A stretch of 40,640 bases of DNA, from assembly GCA_035273125.1 (NCBI GenBank), contig DATEPQ010000037.1, positions 1 to 40,640 on the forward strand, read 5' to 3'. This document shows, in pieces, positions 18,369 through 27,574 of this stretch. The notes under the pieces were generated by a model. That model was not told where the DNA came from, ran no database searches, and saw nothing but the letters and a program-made list of their open reading frames with translations. Within the stretch, counting starts at the first letter, position 1, and each line of letters starts with the position of its first letter. A program made the position numbers and the translations under genes. The stretch is from Gaiellaceae bacterium. GTDB lineage: Bacteria > Actinomycetota > Thermoleophilia > Gaiellales > Gaiellaceae.

Positions 18369-19055
18369 CTAGCGCTGCAGGGTGCCGTCGCTCGCGACGT
18401 CCCGGCCCTGCTCGGTGAGGCGCTGCCGGACGAGAAACTGGAACGTCGACCACGCTCCCCGCCGCGCGTCGAACATCCGGTAGACCTGCCACTCCGTCAG
18501 GAGCGAGTCGTCCGCGCGCCGCGCCTCGGCCCAGTCCGCGAACTTCGGGAGGCGGCCGAGCTGCTCGGCGAGTGCGACCCCCTGATCGACGGCGCGCTCG
18601 AGCCTCTCCTCCCCCACCGGCACGTCGAACCCGGCCTCGCGGAGCGCATTCGTGAGTGAGCCAAAGGTGTGCCAGTAGAGCGACTTGGACGGCAGCCGGC
18701 CCTTGTGCTCGTCGATGTCGCGCGCCGTGGGTGGACGGCCGAGCTCCTCCCCGAGCGTGCGTAGCAGGCCGAGCAGCTCCTCACGTGTGGCGAACCGCCG
18801 CGGTACGAGCCCGGCGGCGCGCTTCGCGGCGTTCCACGAGCCGAAGTGCTCGATCACGGTCTGGGGGTGCACGGCGGTCTCCGTGTCCGCCGCGAACTCG
18901 CGCATGGTCGGTGAGCGCCCGAGGCGCTCGGCACAGGCGACGATCTCCGCCACGATCTGCTCGTCGGTGTAGCGCTTGCGGATACCGGCCTGGAACTCCG
19001 CAAGCTCCTGCGGGTCGATCGAGGCCAGCGCCCGGTAGCGGGGCTTCTCGGCCAT
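18369..19055 (-). CDS. Protein made of three homing-endonuclease-associated (HNH_repeat-like) repeats, with no nuclease domain
   Basis: From ATG 19055 (C-terminal part of track ORF 18369..19832). Three copies of about 55 aa of the pattern LGR.PT..(E/D)F......P....V...FGSW..A...AG. Confidence 0.7.
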   Translation of the reverse strand: MAEKPRYRALASIDPQELAEFQAGIRKRYTDEQIVAEIVACAERLGRSPTMREFAADTETAVHPQTVIEHFGSWNAAKRAAGLVPRRFATREELLGLLRTLGEELGRPPTARDIDEHKGRLPSKSLYWHTFGSLTNALREAGFDVPVGEERLERAVDQGVALAEQLGRLPKFADWAEARRADDSLLTEWQVYRMFDARRGAWSTFQFLVRQRLTEQGRDVASDGTLQR

Positions 19056-19127
19056 GTCAATAAGTGTAGAGCAGGTTGAGGAATCCGCAAGTAGTCCCGT
19101 GCAGGCGTGTCTCGGTACGCTCGCCCG

Positions 19128-20504
19128 ATGCGCCTCCACCCCCCACTCGCGCTCGAGATCGCAGCGGCGCGCGGAGTGGCCGCGCTCTCGCGCCGCCTCG
19201 GCGCCGGCGGCGGCACGACGATCCCGGGCAAGCTCCTCGCCGAGCTCGACCGCGGCGCAATCGACCGCCTCGCCTCGCGGCTCGAGGCCGGGACGGCGGT
19301 CGTCTCCGCCACGAACGGCAAGACAACGACGACGGCGATGGCAGCCGAGGTCCTGCGTCCGCGACACCGGCTCGCACACAACGCGGCCGGCGCGAACCTC
19401 GTCTCGGGCGTCGCCTCGGCACTCCTCAGCGCGGGTGACGCCGAGCTGGGCCTGTTCGAGGTCGACGAGGGAGCCCTGTCCGAGCTCGTGGAGCGCCTGC
19501 GGCCCAGGGCGATCTGCCTCGGCAATCTCTTTCGCGACCAGCTCGACCGCTACGGCGAGCTCGAGCTGGTGGCCGAGCGCTGGCGCCAGGCGATCGCCGC
19601 GCTCCCCCCGGAAACCCGGCTGGTCTACAACGCCGACGATCCGCAGCTCGCCGCGGTCGGCGAGACGCACGCGCGCAGCGTCGCTTTCGGTCTCGACGAC
19701 TCCTCCGTCGCCCGCCCTGCGCTCCAGCACGCGGCCGACTCGAAGTACTGCGTCCGCTGCGGCACGCCGTACGCCTACGCCGCCGCGTACGTCGGCCACC
19801 TGGGTGACTACCGCTGCCCTCGTGGTGACCACGCCCGGCCGTCGTTGGAGGTCGCTGCACGGGAGATCTCCCTGCAGGGGTTGGAGCGGGCCGCGTTCCG
19901 GCTCGACACGCCCGAAGGGTCACGCCGGATCGAGCTCGCTCTGCCCGGGCTCTACAACGTCTACAACGCGGTCGGCGCGGCGGCACTTGCCAGGGCGCTC
20001 GGGGCGGAGCTGGACGAGATCGCCGCCGGGCTCGAGCGCTTCTCCGCGGCCTTCGGCCGCTTCGAGCGGATCGCCGTCGGGGAAAAGCGGATCCTCCTGC
20101 TCCTGATCAAGAACCCGGCCGGCGCCAACGAGGCGGTCAGGACACTCGTGGACGGCGGCGCGCCGCAGCTCGTCGTCATCGCGCTGAACGACGAGATCGC
20201 GGACGGACGCGATGTGTCCTGGATCTGGGATGTCGACTTCGAGCCGCTCCTCGCAGGCCTGCGGACGCTCGTGGCGACCGGCGGCCGCGCCGCCGAGCTT
20301 GCGCTCCGCTTCCGCTACGGCGGGCTCGACGAGGACGCCCTCGAGCTCGAGCCCGACCTCGGCGACGCGCTCGACCGCGGGCTCGAGCTGACGCCGGACG
20401 GCGGCGAGCTCGTGGTCCTCCCCACGTACACGGCGATGCTCGGCTTGCAGCGGCTCCTCGCCGAGCGCGGGCTCGCGAAGCCCTACTGGGAGCGATCCGG
20501 ATGA
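19128..20504 (+). CDS. murT: Lipid II isoglutaminyl synthase, Mur-ligase-like subunit MurT
   Basis: P-loop VSATNGKTTTTAM. Cys4 ribbon CVRCG..(17)..CPRGDH. C-terminal DUF1727-like region (DGRDVSWIWDVDFE). Start ATG 19128 or GTG 19107. Confidence 0.85.
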   Translation: MRLHPPLALEIAAARGVAALSRRLGAGGGTTIPGKLLAELDRGAIDRLASRLEAGTAVVSATNGKTTTTAMAAEVLRPRHRLAHNAAGANLVSGVASALLSAGDAELGLFEVDEGALSELVERLRPRAICLGNLFRDQLDRYGELELVAERWRQAIAALPPETRLVYNADDPQLAAVGETHARSVAFGLDDSSVARPALQHAADSKYCVRCGTPYAYAAAYVGHLGDYRCPRGDHARPSLEVAAREISLQGLERAAFRLDTPEGSRRIELALPGLYNVYNAVGAAALARALGAELDEIAAGLERFSAAFGRFERIAVGEKRILLLLIKNPAGANEAVRTLVDGGAPQLVVIALNDEIADGRDVSWIWDVDFEPLLAGLRTLVATGGRAAELALRFRYGGLDEDALELEPDLGDALDRGLELTPDGGELVVLPTYTAMLGLQRLLAERGLAKPYWERSG

Positions 20505-21265
20505 CGGCGATCCGGATCGGTCACCTCTATCCCGACTACCTGAACATCTACGCCGATCGCGGCAACATCGCGGTGCTCAAGCGGCGCGCATCCTGGCGCG
20601 GACACGAACTCGAGGTCACGGCGCTTGGAATGGGCGACGCGGTGGGGCCCGGCGAACACGACCTCTACTACGTCGGCGGCGGGCAGGACCGGGAGCAACT
20701 GCTCGTCGCGGAGGATCTCGTGCGGAAGTCAGACGCACTCCACGAAGCTGTCGCCGTCGGAGCGGCTGCGCTCGCGGTCTGCGGGGGCTACCAGCTCCTC
20801 GGGCGTGGGTATCGCGGCTTCCACGGCGAGGACATGCCGGGCATCGGCCTCCTGCCGCTCGAGACCGTCGCCGGCGAACGGCGCATGATCGGGGACGTGC
20901 TGATCGAGTGCGAGCTCGAGCCGGGCGAGAAGCGCACACTCGCCGGCTTCGAGAACCACGCCGGTCGCACACGGCTCGATCCCGGAGCGGAGCCTCTCGG
21001 GCGCGTACTCGCGGGCTTTGGGAACGACGGCGAGAGCGGCTTCGAGGGGTGCCGCGCCGGCCGCGTCGTCGGCACCTACCTCCACGGTCCGCTCCTGCCA
21101 CGCAACCCCTGGCTCGCCGACTGGCTGCTCCGACAGGCGCTCGCGCACCGGCTCGGCACCGACGAGGCGCCCGAGTTGGAGCCGCTCGCGGACGAGCTCG
21201 AGCGGCGCGCCCACGAGGTCTCCGCCGCCCGCGCCCGCGCGCGCGGCGGACGCCTCGACGGCTAG
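20501..21265 (+). CDS. gatD: Lipid II isoglutaminyl synthase glutaminase subunit GatD (CobB/CobQ-like GATase)
   Basis: YPDYLNIYADRGN, catalytic LAVCGGYQLLG, and FENHAGRT...GTYLHGPLLPRNP. The ATG overlaps the murT stop (ATGA). Confidence 0.85.
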   Translation: MTAIRIGHLYPDYLNIYADRGNIAVLKRRASWRGHELEVTALGMGDAVGPGEHDLYYVGGGQDREQLLVAEDLVRKSDALHEAVAVGAAALAVCGGYQLLGRGYRGFHGEDMPGIGLLPLETVAGERRMIGDVLIECELEPGEKRTLAGFENHAGRTRLDPGAEPLGRVLAGFGNDGESGFEGCRAGRVVGTYLHGPLLPRNPWLADWLLRQALAHRLGTDEAPELEPLADELERRAHEVSAARARARGGRLDG

Positions 21266-22452
21266 CCGGACTGGGCGATCTTCAGCACCTTCCGGACGGC
21301 GACCCGTAGCGGCTCGGGCACCTCGCCATTGCCGCGGAACCGCTGCCACGCCTTCTGTGGCTTGCGGCCACGGGTGCTCGCCCTGAGTCCCGAGACGGTC
21401 TCGAAGTCCGGCGTGAGCACGACCGTACGCCGACTGCCCGCGACCTCCCGGATCAGGCGGTTGACCACACGCTCCGACTCGACCGGCCTGGAGCCCCGCG
21501 GCGCGTCGCGATCGTGGACGACGACGTACGGGACGCTGCACGCGTTCGCGATGCGCGCGAAGAGCGGCATGTTGCCCTTGCCGCCGCACTCGAGCACGAG
21601 GATGCCCTCCTTGTCCGCGTCGACGCCGAGCGCCTCGAAGACGAGCGGGAACGTCAGCTTCTCGGTACGCCCCTCGACGAGGACCGCGCAGCGCGCGAGG
21701 AAGAGCTCGGCGCGGTCGCTGTCGAACTCGGAGAGGGCACGGAACGTCTCGGCCTCCGCGAGCGGCTCGGGCTGAAAGAGCGACGTCCCCCCGGCAGGCG
21801 TGTGGCGAACGAGCGCGAGCTCTTCGAGCTTGTCGACGCTGAGGAAGACCGGCGCGTGCGTCGAGTAGAGGATCTGGTTGCCCGCCTGCGCCAGCGCCCG
21901 CAGGAGGCCGTAGAGATGGCGTTGCGCATGCGGACTGAGATAGAGCTCGGGCTCCTCGATCAGGAGCACGAAGTGCCGCAGGTTCGAGACGAGCAGCCGC
22001 TCCATGCCCGCGACGAGCGCGAGGCCGCCATCCGCCGCGGCCCAGTGCCGGTCGACGGTCGGCGGGTGGAAGAGCTCGGCGACCTCGGCGGCGCCGCTCC
22101 CGGTGGCCGGGGCGACGAGCGTGCGGGAGCGAAGGTTCGCGGGCAGGAAGAGCACCGGAGGCGCTCCGGCACGGTTGAGGTTGAGCGTGTCGGGCGGTCT
22201 CGCGTCGAGGAAGATCGTCCCCTTTGCGACGTCGGCCTCGAGGCGAATCCGTCCTCCGGCTCCGTCGCGCGCGACGTCGTCGATCGTGGGCGGTGGGGCT
22301 GCGGCCTCGAGCAGCGTCCAGATCGCGGTCAATACCGTGGACTTACCGCTGGACGCCTCCCCCACGAGCGCGCAGACCGAGCCCGGCGTGAGCTGGAGCT
22401 CGCGGGCGGCTCGATAGCCCTGGATCGAGACTCGTCTCAGCGGCGGCGGCAC
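21262..22452 (-). CDS. OLD-family ATP-dependent endonuclease (ABC-type ATPase + Toprim), unusually compact at 396 aa
   Basis: Walker A GEASSGKS. Walker B/D-loop FVLLIEEPELYLSPHAQ. Toprim VLVEGRTEKLTFP (Glu), VLECGGKGNM, YVVVHDRD (DxD). Confidence 0.75.
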   Translation of the reverse strand: MPPPLRRVSIQGYRAARELQLTPGSVCALVGEASSGKSTVLTAIWTLLEAAAPPPTIDDVARDGAGGRIRLEADVAKGTIFLDARPPDTLNLNRAGAPPVLFLPANLRSRTLVAPATGSGAAEVAELFHPPTVDRHWAAADGGLALVAGMERLLVSNLRHFVLLIEEPELYLSPHAQRHLYGLLRALAQAGNQILYSTHAPVFLSVDKLEELALVRHTPAGGTSLFQPEPLAEAETFRALSEFDSDRAELFLARCAVLVEGRTEKLTFPLVFEALGVDADKEGILVLECGGKGNMPLFARIANACSVPYVVVHDRDAPRGSRPVESERVVNRLIREVAGSRRTVVLTPDFETVSGLRASTRGRKPQKAWQRFRGNGEVPEPLRVAVRKVLKIAQSG

Positions 22453-22496
22453 GGCACGAACCTACCCGCTCGCCGCGCGCTACACGTTCTGACGAC

Positions 22497-22958
22497 TCAG
22501 GGCGCCCAGAGCGCGCCGAGATAGACGGCCGGGTCGCCGGGCTGCCAGCGGCCCAGGAAGCGTTGGAGCGGCGGGTGGAGCACGATGCCGTCCAGCTCCG
22601 TGGGGTCGAACAGGCGATGCCCGCGCACGGCCGCGTCGGTCGACGTCACGCGCTCGAGCGAGCGCCCCGAGAGATCGGCCGCGAAGATGATGTGGACGAC
22701 GTGCTTGGCGACGAAGGCGCGCTTCGGCGCGATCGAGTCGACCACGGCGACCGGCCCCTCGAACATGAGGTCGTCGCCGATCGCCACTTCCTCCTCGAGC
22801 TCCCGCCGCAGGGCGTCGACGAGACTCTCCCCGGTGTTGACGCCGCCGCCCGGGAGCAGCCAGTACTCGCCGCGCCCGGACTTCTCGTGCCGGCAGAGCA
22901 GCACGCGACCCTCCCAGCGGAGCACGGCCGAGACCCGGATACGCGGCTCGAGGGGCAT
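22497..22958 (-). CDS. NUDIX hydrolase
   Basis: Intact Nudix box GGGVNTGESLVDALRRELEEEVAI. The start overlaps the dut stop (TGATG). Confidence 0.85.
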   Translation of the reverse strand: MPLEPRIRVSAVLRWEGRVLLCRHEKSGRGEYWLLPGGGVNTGESLVDALRRELEEEVAIGDDLMFEGPVAVVDSIAPKRAFVAKHVVHIIFAADLSGRSLERVTSTDAAVRGHRLFDPTELDGIVLHPPLQRFLGRWQPGDPAVYLGALWAP

Positions 22959-23392
22959 CAGTGGGCCGAGCTGCCGAAGCCCTTCTCGCCACGCTCGCTG
23001 TCCGGCAGCTCCGCGACCTCTCGCGGCTCGGGGAAGGCCACCGGGACGACGACGAGCTGAGCGATCCGCATGCCCGGCTCGACGACGAACGGCTCGCTCC
23101 GATCGGTGTTGAGGAGGACGACTTTGAGCTCGCCGCGGTAGCCGGCGTCGACGAGACCAGGCGTGTTCAGCACCGTGATGCCGTGCCGCGCCGCGAGCCC
23201 CGAGCGAGGCTGGACGTAGCCGGCGTGCCCGTCCGGGATCGCCACCGTGAGACCGGTGCCGACCAGCGCGCGCTCCCCCGGTCCGAGCTCGACTCGCTCG
23301 CAGGCGGCGAGATCGAGCCCTGCGTCGTGCTCGTAGGCGCGGGTCGGCAGCGTCGCCCCGTCGTGGAGGCGCTTCACGAGCAGCTCGGTCAC
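22958..23392 (-). CDS. dut: dUTP diphosphatase
   Basis: AGLDL, PRSGLAARHGI, GLVDAGYRGEL, RIAQLV, and a C-terminal ERGEKGFGSS motif. Confidence 0.9.
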   Translation of the reverse strand: MTELLVKRLHDGATLPTRAYEHDAGLDLAACERVELGPGERALVGTGLTVAIPDGHAGYVQPRSGLAARHGITVLNTPGLVDAGYRGELKVVLLNTDRSEPFVVEPGMRIAQLVVVPVAFPEPREVAELPDSERGEKGFGSSAH

Positions 23393-24696
23393 GCGCGGCG
23401 CCGTTCCCCGGCCCCTTCCTCGGCGATGAGGAAGGGCGCGAAGCGGTGGATCTCACGGCGAGGCAAACGCGCGACGACGAGGACTCCCTCCGGCGTGTCC
23501 TCGCGCTCGTCGATCGGTGCCCCGAGCGCGTAGAGCTCGTTCAGGCGCCCACCCTCCTCGTACGGCAGCAGGAGCCGGACGCGCTCGAACCGCTCCCCGA
23601 AGCGCTCGGCAACGCGGGCCCGGAGCTCGTCGAGGCCCTCGCCGGTGAGGGCGGAGATCTGCAGCGCGTCCGGATACCGGTTCGCGAGCCGGCGCCGCCC
23701 GAGCGTGTCGACCGCGTCGATCTTGTTCACGACGAGCTCGACGGGCAGCTCGTTCGCGCCGATCTCGCGCAGGACGTCGTCGACGGCGGCGATCTGCTCG
23801 ACGAGGCGCTGCTCCGGCGCGGACCCGTCCACGACGTGCAGGACGAGGTCGGCCACGAGCGTCTCCTCGAGCGTCGCCGCGAAGCCCTCCACCAGCTGAT
23901 GCGGCAGGCGGCGGACGAAGCCCACGGTGTCGGTGACGAGATAGCGGCGGCCCTCTTGCTCGAAGCCGCGGGTCACCGGGTCGAGCGTCTCGAACAGCCG
24001 GTCGCGAACGGACACGCCGGCGTCGGTGAGCGCGTTCAGCAGCGTCGACTTGCCGGCATTCGTGTACCCGGCGAGCGCGACCGTGGGAGTCTCGGTGCGC
24101 TTCCGCTCCTTGCGCCGGACATCGCGCTGGCCGCTGAGCTTGCGCAGCCGCGTGCGCAACAGCGTGATGCGGCGGCGCGCGAGACGACGGTCGGTCTCGA
24201 GCTGGGACTCGCCCGGGCCGCGGGTGCCGACCCCGCCGCCGAGCCGCTCGAGGTGCTGCCACATCCCCCGCATCCGGGGCAGGTTGTACTCGAGCTGCGC
24301 GAGCTCGACCTGGAGCTTGCCCTCGGCGCTGACGGCGTGCTGGGCGAAGATGTCGAGGATCAGCTGGGTGCGGTCGACCACCCGGGCCTGGAGCGCATTC
24401 TCGAGCGCCCGCTGTTGCGGCGGCGTCAGCTCGTCGTCGACGATGAGCACCTCGGCTCCGGCGTCGCCGTATGCCTGCTTCAGCTCCTCGAGCTTCCCCT
24501 TGCCGACGTACGTGCGCGCGTCGGGGAGCCGCCGGTGCTGGACGACCCGGCCGACCGGCTCGACGCCGGCGGTCCGCGCGAGCTCCTCCAGCTCGGCCAG
24601 CTCGTCGGCGCCGTCGGCCCCCTGTGGGAGCACGGCGACGAGGAGCCCGCGCTCGGGCTCGGCCGCCCACGAGCGATCGGGCTGTCCCAGACCCAT
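23389..24696 (-). CDS. hflX: GTPase HflX
   Basis: From ATG 24696: HflX N-domain (DRTQLILDIFAQHAVSAEGKLQVELAQLEY..PGESQLETDRR). G1 GYTNAGKST, G3 DTVGF, G4 NKID. Confidence 0.9.
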   Translation of the reverse strand: MGLGQPDRSWAAEPERGLLVAVLPQGADGADELAELEELARTAGVEPVGRVVQHRRLPDARTYVGKGKLEELKQAYGDAGAEVLIVDDELTPPQQRALENALQARVVDRTQLILDIFAQHAVSAEGKLQVELAQLEYNLPRMRGMWQHLERLGGGVGTRGPGESQLETDRRLARRRITLLRTRLRKLSGQRDVRRKERKRTETPTVALAGYTNAGKSTLLNALTDAGVSVRDRLFETLDPVTRGFEQEGRRYLVTDTVGFVRRLPHQLVEGFAATLEETLVADLVLHVVDGSAPEQRLVEQIAAVDDVLREIGANELPVELVVNKIDAVDTLGRRRLANRYPDALQISALTGEGLDELRARVAERFGERFERVRLLLPYEEGGRLNELYALGAPIDEREDTPEGVLVVARLPRREIHRFAPFLIAEEGAGERRRA

Positions 24697-24708
24697 CCGG
24701 CGGTCATT

Positions 24709-25731
24709 ATGACTCCTGCCATGCCGGATTCCGATCTCGCCGCCAGGACGCTCGAGCTCGTCGACGTCCCCTCGGAGAGCCGCCGCGATCGCCCCGCGCT
24801 GGAGCTCGTGCGGAGCCTCCTGCCCGGCGAGCCGCTCTACGACGACGGCGAGGCGCTCGTCTGGGGGGACGCCGCGGCGCCGGTCGCCCTCGCGGGCCAC
24901 GTCGACACCGTGCCGGCGCAGGGGAACCTCCCGGGCCGCATCGCCGACGGCGCCGTGCACGGCCTCGGGGCCAGCGACATGAAGGGCGGCGTGGCCGTGA
25001 TGCTCGAGCTCGCTCGCGCGGAGGTCCCCGCGCGCTACGTCTTCTTTACCCGCGAGGAGGTCGCGCTCGAGGAGAGCCCGCTGCCGGCTGCGTTCGCGAG
25101 CGGTGTGCTCGCGGGTACCGAGCTCGCGGTCGTGCTCGAGCCGACGGACGCGATCCTCCACGCGGGCTGCCTCGGGAACCTGCAGGCCCGGGTCGACTTC
25201 CACGGTGAGAGCGCACACTCGGCCCGGCCGTGGACGGGAAGCAACGCGATCCATGCGCTCGCGGAGGGGCTCGCGCCGCTCGCCCGCCTCGCTCCGCACG
25301 ACGTCGAGCTCGACGGCCTCGTCTACCGCGAGGTGCTGAGCGCGGTGAGCGTCGAGGGCGGGATCGCGCAGAACGTCGTCCCCGCGCTCGCCTCCGCGGA
25401 GCTCAACTTCCGCTTCGCGCCCGGCCGCTCGCGCGACGAGGCCGAAGCACGGCTGCGCGAGCTCGTCCCGGACGGGGAGCTCCACGTGCTTCACAACTCG
25501 CCGTCGGCACTGCCGGCGCTCGGGAATCCGTTCGTCGAGCGGCTACGGGAGCTCGTGCCGGAGGTCGCGCCGAAGCAGGCGTGGACGCCGGTGGCGCAGT
25601 TCGCGGAGCAGGACATCGACGCGATCAACTACGGCCCCGGCGCGACCGCGTACGCGCACCGGCAGGACGAGCAGATCCCGATCGCGAATCTGCACGCGGT
25701 GTACGACACCCTGGCTAGGTTCCTCTCGTGA
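24709..25731 (+). CDS. dapE: Succinyl-diaminopimelate desuccinylase (M20 family)
   Basis: LAGHVDTVP, GASDMKGG, EE (TREEV), and SAHSARPW. Start ATG 24709 or 24721. Divergent from hflX with a gap of only about 12 nt. Confidence 0.8.
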   Translation: MTPAMPDSDLAARTLELVDVPSESRRDRPALELVRSLLPGEPLYDDGEALVWGDAAAPVALAGHVDTVPAQGNLPGRIADGAVHGLGASDMKGGVAVMLELARAEVPARYVFFTREEVALEESPLPAAFASGVLAGTELAVVLEPTDAILHAGCLGNLQARVDFHGESAHSARPWTGSNAIHALAEGLAPLARLAPHDVELDGLVYREVLSAVSVEGGIAQNVVPALASAELNFRFAPGRSRDEAEARLRELVPDGELHVLHNSPSALPALGNPFVERLRELVPEVAPKQAWTPVAQFAEQDIDAINYGPGATAYAHRQDEQIPIANLHAVYDTLARFLS

Positions 25732-26831
25732 TCAACCCTGTGTTGACCGAGATGGCCGTGTACCCGTTCACGCGGCTCGAGGACGAGCGTCGGCGGCTCC
25801 TCGGGGCCGGTGTGGAGGTGATCGACTTCGGCAAGGGCGATCCGAACGAGCCGACCGACCCGATGATCCGACAGGCGCTCGTGGACGCGCTCCCGGAGCG
25901 CGCGCCGTATCCGCTCGCCCAGGGACTTCCGGAGCTGCGCGAGGCAGCGGCGGGTTGGCTCGACCGGCGCTTCGGCGTCGCAGTCGACGCAGACACCGAG
26001 ATCGTGCCGACCTACGGCTCGAAGGAGGCGATCTTCTCCCTCGCGCAGGTGCTCGGCACGGAGGGACGCGTGGTGGCGTTCGGCGAGCCGGCCTACCCGG
26101 TGTACGAGCGGGGCGCGCTGTTCGCAGGAGCCCGCGTTCAGACGTTGCCGCTGCGGCGCGAGACCGGGTTCCTCCCGGATCTCGACGAGCTCGACGACGA
26201 CGTCGCGCTCCTCTGGGTCAACTACCCGCACAACCCGACCGGTGCGGTCGCGCCGCGCGAGTTCTACGACGCGCTCGCAGAGGCTGCCGACAGGCACGAC
26301 TTCGTCGTCGGCTCGGACGAGGCGTACACGGAGCTGTGGTTCGACGAGCCGCCGCCCTCCGCGCTCCAGGCGGCCGACCGTTCGCGCGTCGTCGTCTTCC
26401 AGACCCTGAGCAAGCGCTCGTCGATGACCGGTTACCGCTCCGGGTTCGTCGCGGGGCCGCCGGAGATCGTCGCCGCACTGAAGTCGTACCGCCCCACCGT
26501 CGGCACGGCTCCACAGGAGTTCGTGCAGCGGGCCTCCGTTGCCGCCTGGAACGACGAGCGCCACGTCGAGGAGACCCGCGCGCGCTACCGCGCGAAGCGG
26601 GAGGTGCTGATCCCGGCGATCGAGGCACGCGGGTGGGAGATCGTCGCGAGCGAGGCGACGATGTACCTCTGGGTCGTCGGACCGGATCCCGACGTCCTGC
26701 TCGAGCGCGGGATCATCGTTTCGGCCGGTGAGATGTTCGGCCCGAGCGGCGAGGGTTACGTCCGCTTCGCGCTCGTGCCCACGCTCGAGGAGTGCGAGCG
26801 CGCGGCACAGATCCTGGGAGAGTTGCCCTGA
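25728..26831 (+). CDS. dapC: Class I/II aminotransferase, succinyldiaminopimelate transaminase by context
   Basis: NYPHNPTG, SDEAY, and the PLP-lysine motif LSKRSSMTGYRSG. Sits between dapE and dapD with overlapping stop/start codons (GTGA, TGATG). Confidence 0.75.
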   Translation: MINPVLTEMAVYPFTRLEDERRRLLGAGVEVIDFGKGDPNEPTDPMIRQALVDALPERAPYPLAQGLPELREAAAGWLDRRFGVAVDADTEIVPTYGSKEAIFSLAQVLGTEGRVVAFGEPAYPVYERGALFAGARVQTLPLRRETGFLPDLDELDDDVALLWVNYPHNPTGAVAPREFYDALAEAADRHDFVVGSDEAYTELWFDEPPPSALQAADRSRVVVFQTLSKRSSMTGYRSGFVAGPPEIVAALKSYRPTVGTAPQEFVQRASVAAWNDERHVEETRARYRAKREVLIPAIEARGWEIVASEATMYLWVVGPDPDVLLERGIIVSAGEMFGPSGEGYVRFALVPTLEECERAAQILGELP

Positions 26832-27574
26832 TGGACGTCGACGCAACGATCGCGGCGCTCGACCGCGGCGAGCTGCGAGTCGCGGAGAAGGTGGACGGCC
26901 ACTGGCGCGTGAACGAGGACGCGAAGGCGGCGATTCTCGAGTACTTCCGGGTGCGAAAGGTCGAGCCGATCGAGGTCGGGCCGTTCGAGTACCTCGACAA
27001 GATCCCGCTCAAGCACGACCACGCGGAGCGCGGAGTGCGCGTCGTTCCGCCGGCGACCGCGCGATACGGCTCGTTCCTCTCGCCGGGCGTGATCCTGATG
27101 CCGAGCTACGTCAACATCGGCGCCTGGGTCGGGCCGAACACGATGATCGACACGTGGGCCACGGTCGGCTCGTGCGCCCAGATCGGAGCCGACGTGCACC
27201 TCGCGGGGGGCGTCGGTGTCGGCGGAGTGCTGGAGCCGCTGCAGGCGCGGCCGGTGATCGTCGAGGACGGAGCCTTCGTCGGCTCTCGCTGCATCCTCAC
27301 GGAAGGGGTCGTGATCGGCGAGCGCGCGGTGCTGGCGCCGAACGTGTCGCTGACCGGCTCCGTGCCCGTCATCGACGTGACGGGGCCGGAGCCGGTCGAG
27401 CACCGGGGCTACGTGCCGCCGCGGGCCGTGGTCCTCCCGGGCACGCGCCCCAAGGAGTTCCCGGCCGGAACGTACGAGGTCTCTTGCGCTCTCGTCGTCG
27501 GCTGGCGCAGCGAGAAGACGGACCTCAAGACGAGCCTCAACGACGTCCTGCGCGAGTTCGAGATCGGATCCTGA
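26831..27574 (+). CDS. dapD: 2,3,4,5-tetrahydropyridine-2,6-dicarboxylate N-succinyltransferase
   Basis: Near-identical blocks to E. coli DapD: LRVAEK.DG.W, VVPPAT.R.G.F, LMPSYVNIGA.V...TM.DTWATVGSCAQIG..VHL.GGVG.GGVLEPLQA.P.I.ED. Confidence 0.9.
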   Translation: MDVDATIAALDRGELRVAEKVDGHWRVNEDAKAAILEYFRVRKVEPIEVGPFEYLDKIPLKHDHAERGVRVVPPATARYGSFLSPGVILMPSYVNIGAWVGPNTMIDTWATVGSCAQIGADVHLAGGVGVGGVLEPLQARPVIVEDGAFVGSRCILTEGVVIGERAVLAPNVSLTGSVPVIDVTGPEPVEHRGYVPPRAVVLPGTRPKEFPAGTYEVSCALVVGWRSEKTDLKTSLNDVLREFEIGS

